Source of the DNA: Phaeosaccion multiseriatum
Taxonomy: Eukaryota; Protista; Ochrophyta, other classes
DNA: 64,000 nucleotides
Assembly (NCBI GenBank): GCA_965112735.1
Contig: OZ218960.1
Coordinates: 1,922,001 to 1,986,000 of the forward strand
Direction of reading: 5' to 3'
In this document: in pieces, positions 62,792 to 64,000 of the stretch
How the letters are laid out: the number at the start of each line of letters is the position of its first letter
Position numbering within the stretch: the stretch's first letter is position 1
Notes under the pieces: model-generated
What the model saw: only the letters and a program-made list of their open reading frames with translations
The model's database searches: none
Told to the model about the DNA's origin: nothing
Made by a program: the position numbers and the translations under genes

Positions 62792-63310
62792 GGTGGAAGG
62801 AGGAGGCCAGGGGGGCAACGAAAACAAAGCGTGGGCGCGTGGGCAATGGCAGACCGTGTACGTGGTGCAGAAACCCCTCTTTCCTTCCTTCCTTCCTTCC
62901 TTCCTTCCGTTCTCCCCCTTACGAGGAGAGCACGGCGGGTATGGCGTACGTGTATGTGTGGCTCGGATACACATGAAGGAAGGTCGAAGGACGACGGACG
63001 GTCGCGGCGAAAGACGAAGCTCACCCTACCTCCATGCCCATCATCGACGGCCTGTGCTTACTACATCGCATCAGATGGAGTTTAGAGGAGCGTGCAAACA
63101 GAGCCTCGAAGCTTTGTCCCCAATGAGAAGCGAGGGGCAGTGCCAACATTAACCATTAAATACAATAATGAATGGCATTTACCCATGTATCTACTCGGGT
63201 GGAGTGAGACAGGCCCAACCCACCACCAACCGCCCACTCACCCACCCCACTAAACGAACAAAGCAACCAATCACTCACTCACTCACTCACTCACTCACTC
63301 ACTCACTCAC

Positions 63311-63925
63311 TCACTCCAGCATGACGGCTGCCGCAAGCACCTCGGCGCTGCAGTCAGCGGCGGCGGCGGAGTCAACATACCAGGAGAGCGCCCCCTCCGT
63401 ATTGCATGAGACTGGGTACACCAGACCTGCAGGGTAGGGAGAGCCCTTCACCACGACCAGGCCCTCCCCCCCTCCATCTGCCAGGCAGCTGTCCCCTTCA
63501 TCCTCTCTCTTTTTGTTGGAAGGGGCGGCGGTGAAGAGTGTCTTGAGGACCTCCGCCTTGGCTGCCCCAGCTGCGATGAACATCACATGGCGGGCCCGGC
63601 AGAGAGCAGCGAGACTCAGCGTAAGGCGCTCTGGTGGCGGCTTGGGACTGTCTCTGATGAGGGATACACTCTCGCACTCACAGCAGCCATCTTCGCCTCG
63701 GCCGACTTCTGCCGACAAGGCGTGTTCGGGAAAGAGGCTGGCGGTGTGACCGTCGGGTCCCATGCCCAGCAGCACGGCATCAAAGACGGGGAGCTTGTCC
63801 GCCTGCGTTGCGGTGCCGGTACCCTCTCCGAACACGGCGTCCAGCTGTGTCTTATAGTCTTCTCTGCACTCTTCGAGAGGCAGCGACGCACTAATGGCGT
63901 GCACATTCTCGGCTGGCAAGGGTAC
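63311..63925 (-). CDS. PGLS: 6-phosphogluconolactonase, last exon; the 5' part lies beyond the window end
   Basis: Acceptor TTAG at 63926; FDAVLLGMGPDGHTASLFP and DSPKPPPERLTLS are 6PGL signatures. Confidence 0.93.
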   Translation of the reverse strand, partial: VPLPAENVHAISASLPLEECREDYKTQLDAVFGEGTGTATQADKLPVFDAVLLGMGPDGHTASLFPEHALSAEVGRGEDGCCECESVSLIRDSPKPPPERLTLSLAALCRARHVMFIAAGAAKAEVLKTLFTAAPSNKKREDEGDSCLADGGGEGLVVVKGSPYPAGLVYPVSCNTEGALSWYVDSAAAADCSAEVLAAAVMLE

Positions 63926-64000
63926 CTAAGAAAGAGGCCGGGGGCAGGAGGAATGAAGCAGGGATGGGATTATGTAGGGCAGGGGCGACGGGAAGCCCTC

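Noticed and set aside
1-64000. Most ORFs in the six-frame track (poly-P/S/L, EGGR, PSFL, THTH, VCVC and similar)
   Set aside because: They are translations of intronic microsatellites or antisense shadows of GC-rich exons; the real genes are spliced.
1-64000. Introner-type mobile introns or a coding transposon
   Set aside because: Introns share repeat types and short motifs but are not alignable end to end, and I saw no transposase, reverse transcriptase or integrase motifs.

Overview
Eukaryotic, intron-rich nuclear DNA, most likely from a photosynthetic stramenopile (ochrophyte), because one gene carries a signal peptide plus ASAF plastid-targeting motif. The six-frame ORF track is mostly noise from microsatellites. 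Walking splice sites and reading phase by hand gives 17 protein genes and about 86 introns: TIM9 (partial), U2AF2, a 24-exon LRR-IQ-WW-B-box protein, a plastid membrane protein, a GT13 GlcNAc-transferase with an MGAT5-like Cys-rich tail, a cupin, UTP14, a divergent ubiquitin, VPS72/YL1, gamma-SNAP, an alpha/beta hydrolase, RPB12, a TBC Rab-GAP, a MAIP1/Tim44-like protein, a DnaJ/DnaJ-X protein, a DUF3752 (GPALPP1-like) protein and 6-phosphogluconolactonase (partial). I found no rRNA, tRNA, CRISPR array or protein-coding transposon. The main higher-order patterns are: (1) introns are polarised, with G/purine-rich simple repeats after the donor and complementary C-rich repeats before the acceptor, together with many AAG acceptors and two GC donors; (2) all seven + strand genes sit head-to-head with a - strand gene, with start codons 119-700 bp apart; (3) two short dispersed motifs flip orientation according to intron end; (4) a cupin exon is duplicated in tandem with mostly synonymous divergence; (5) a foldback-like inverted repeat lies at about 40.0-40.3 kb. 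All gene models are manual predictions without transcript data.
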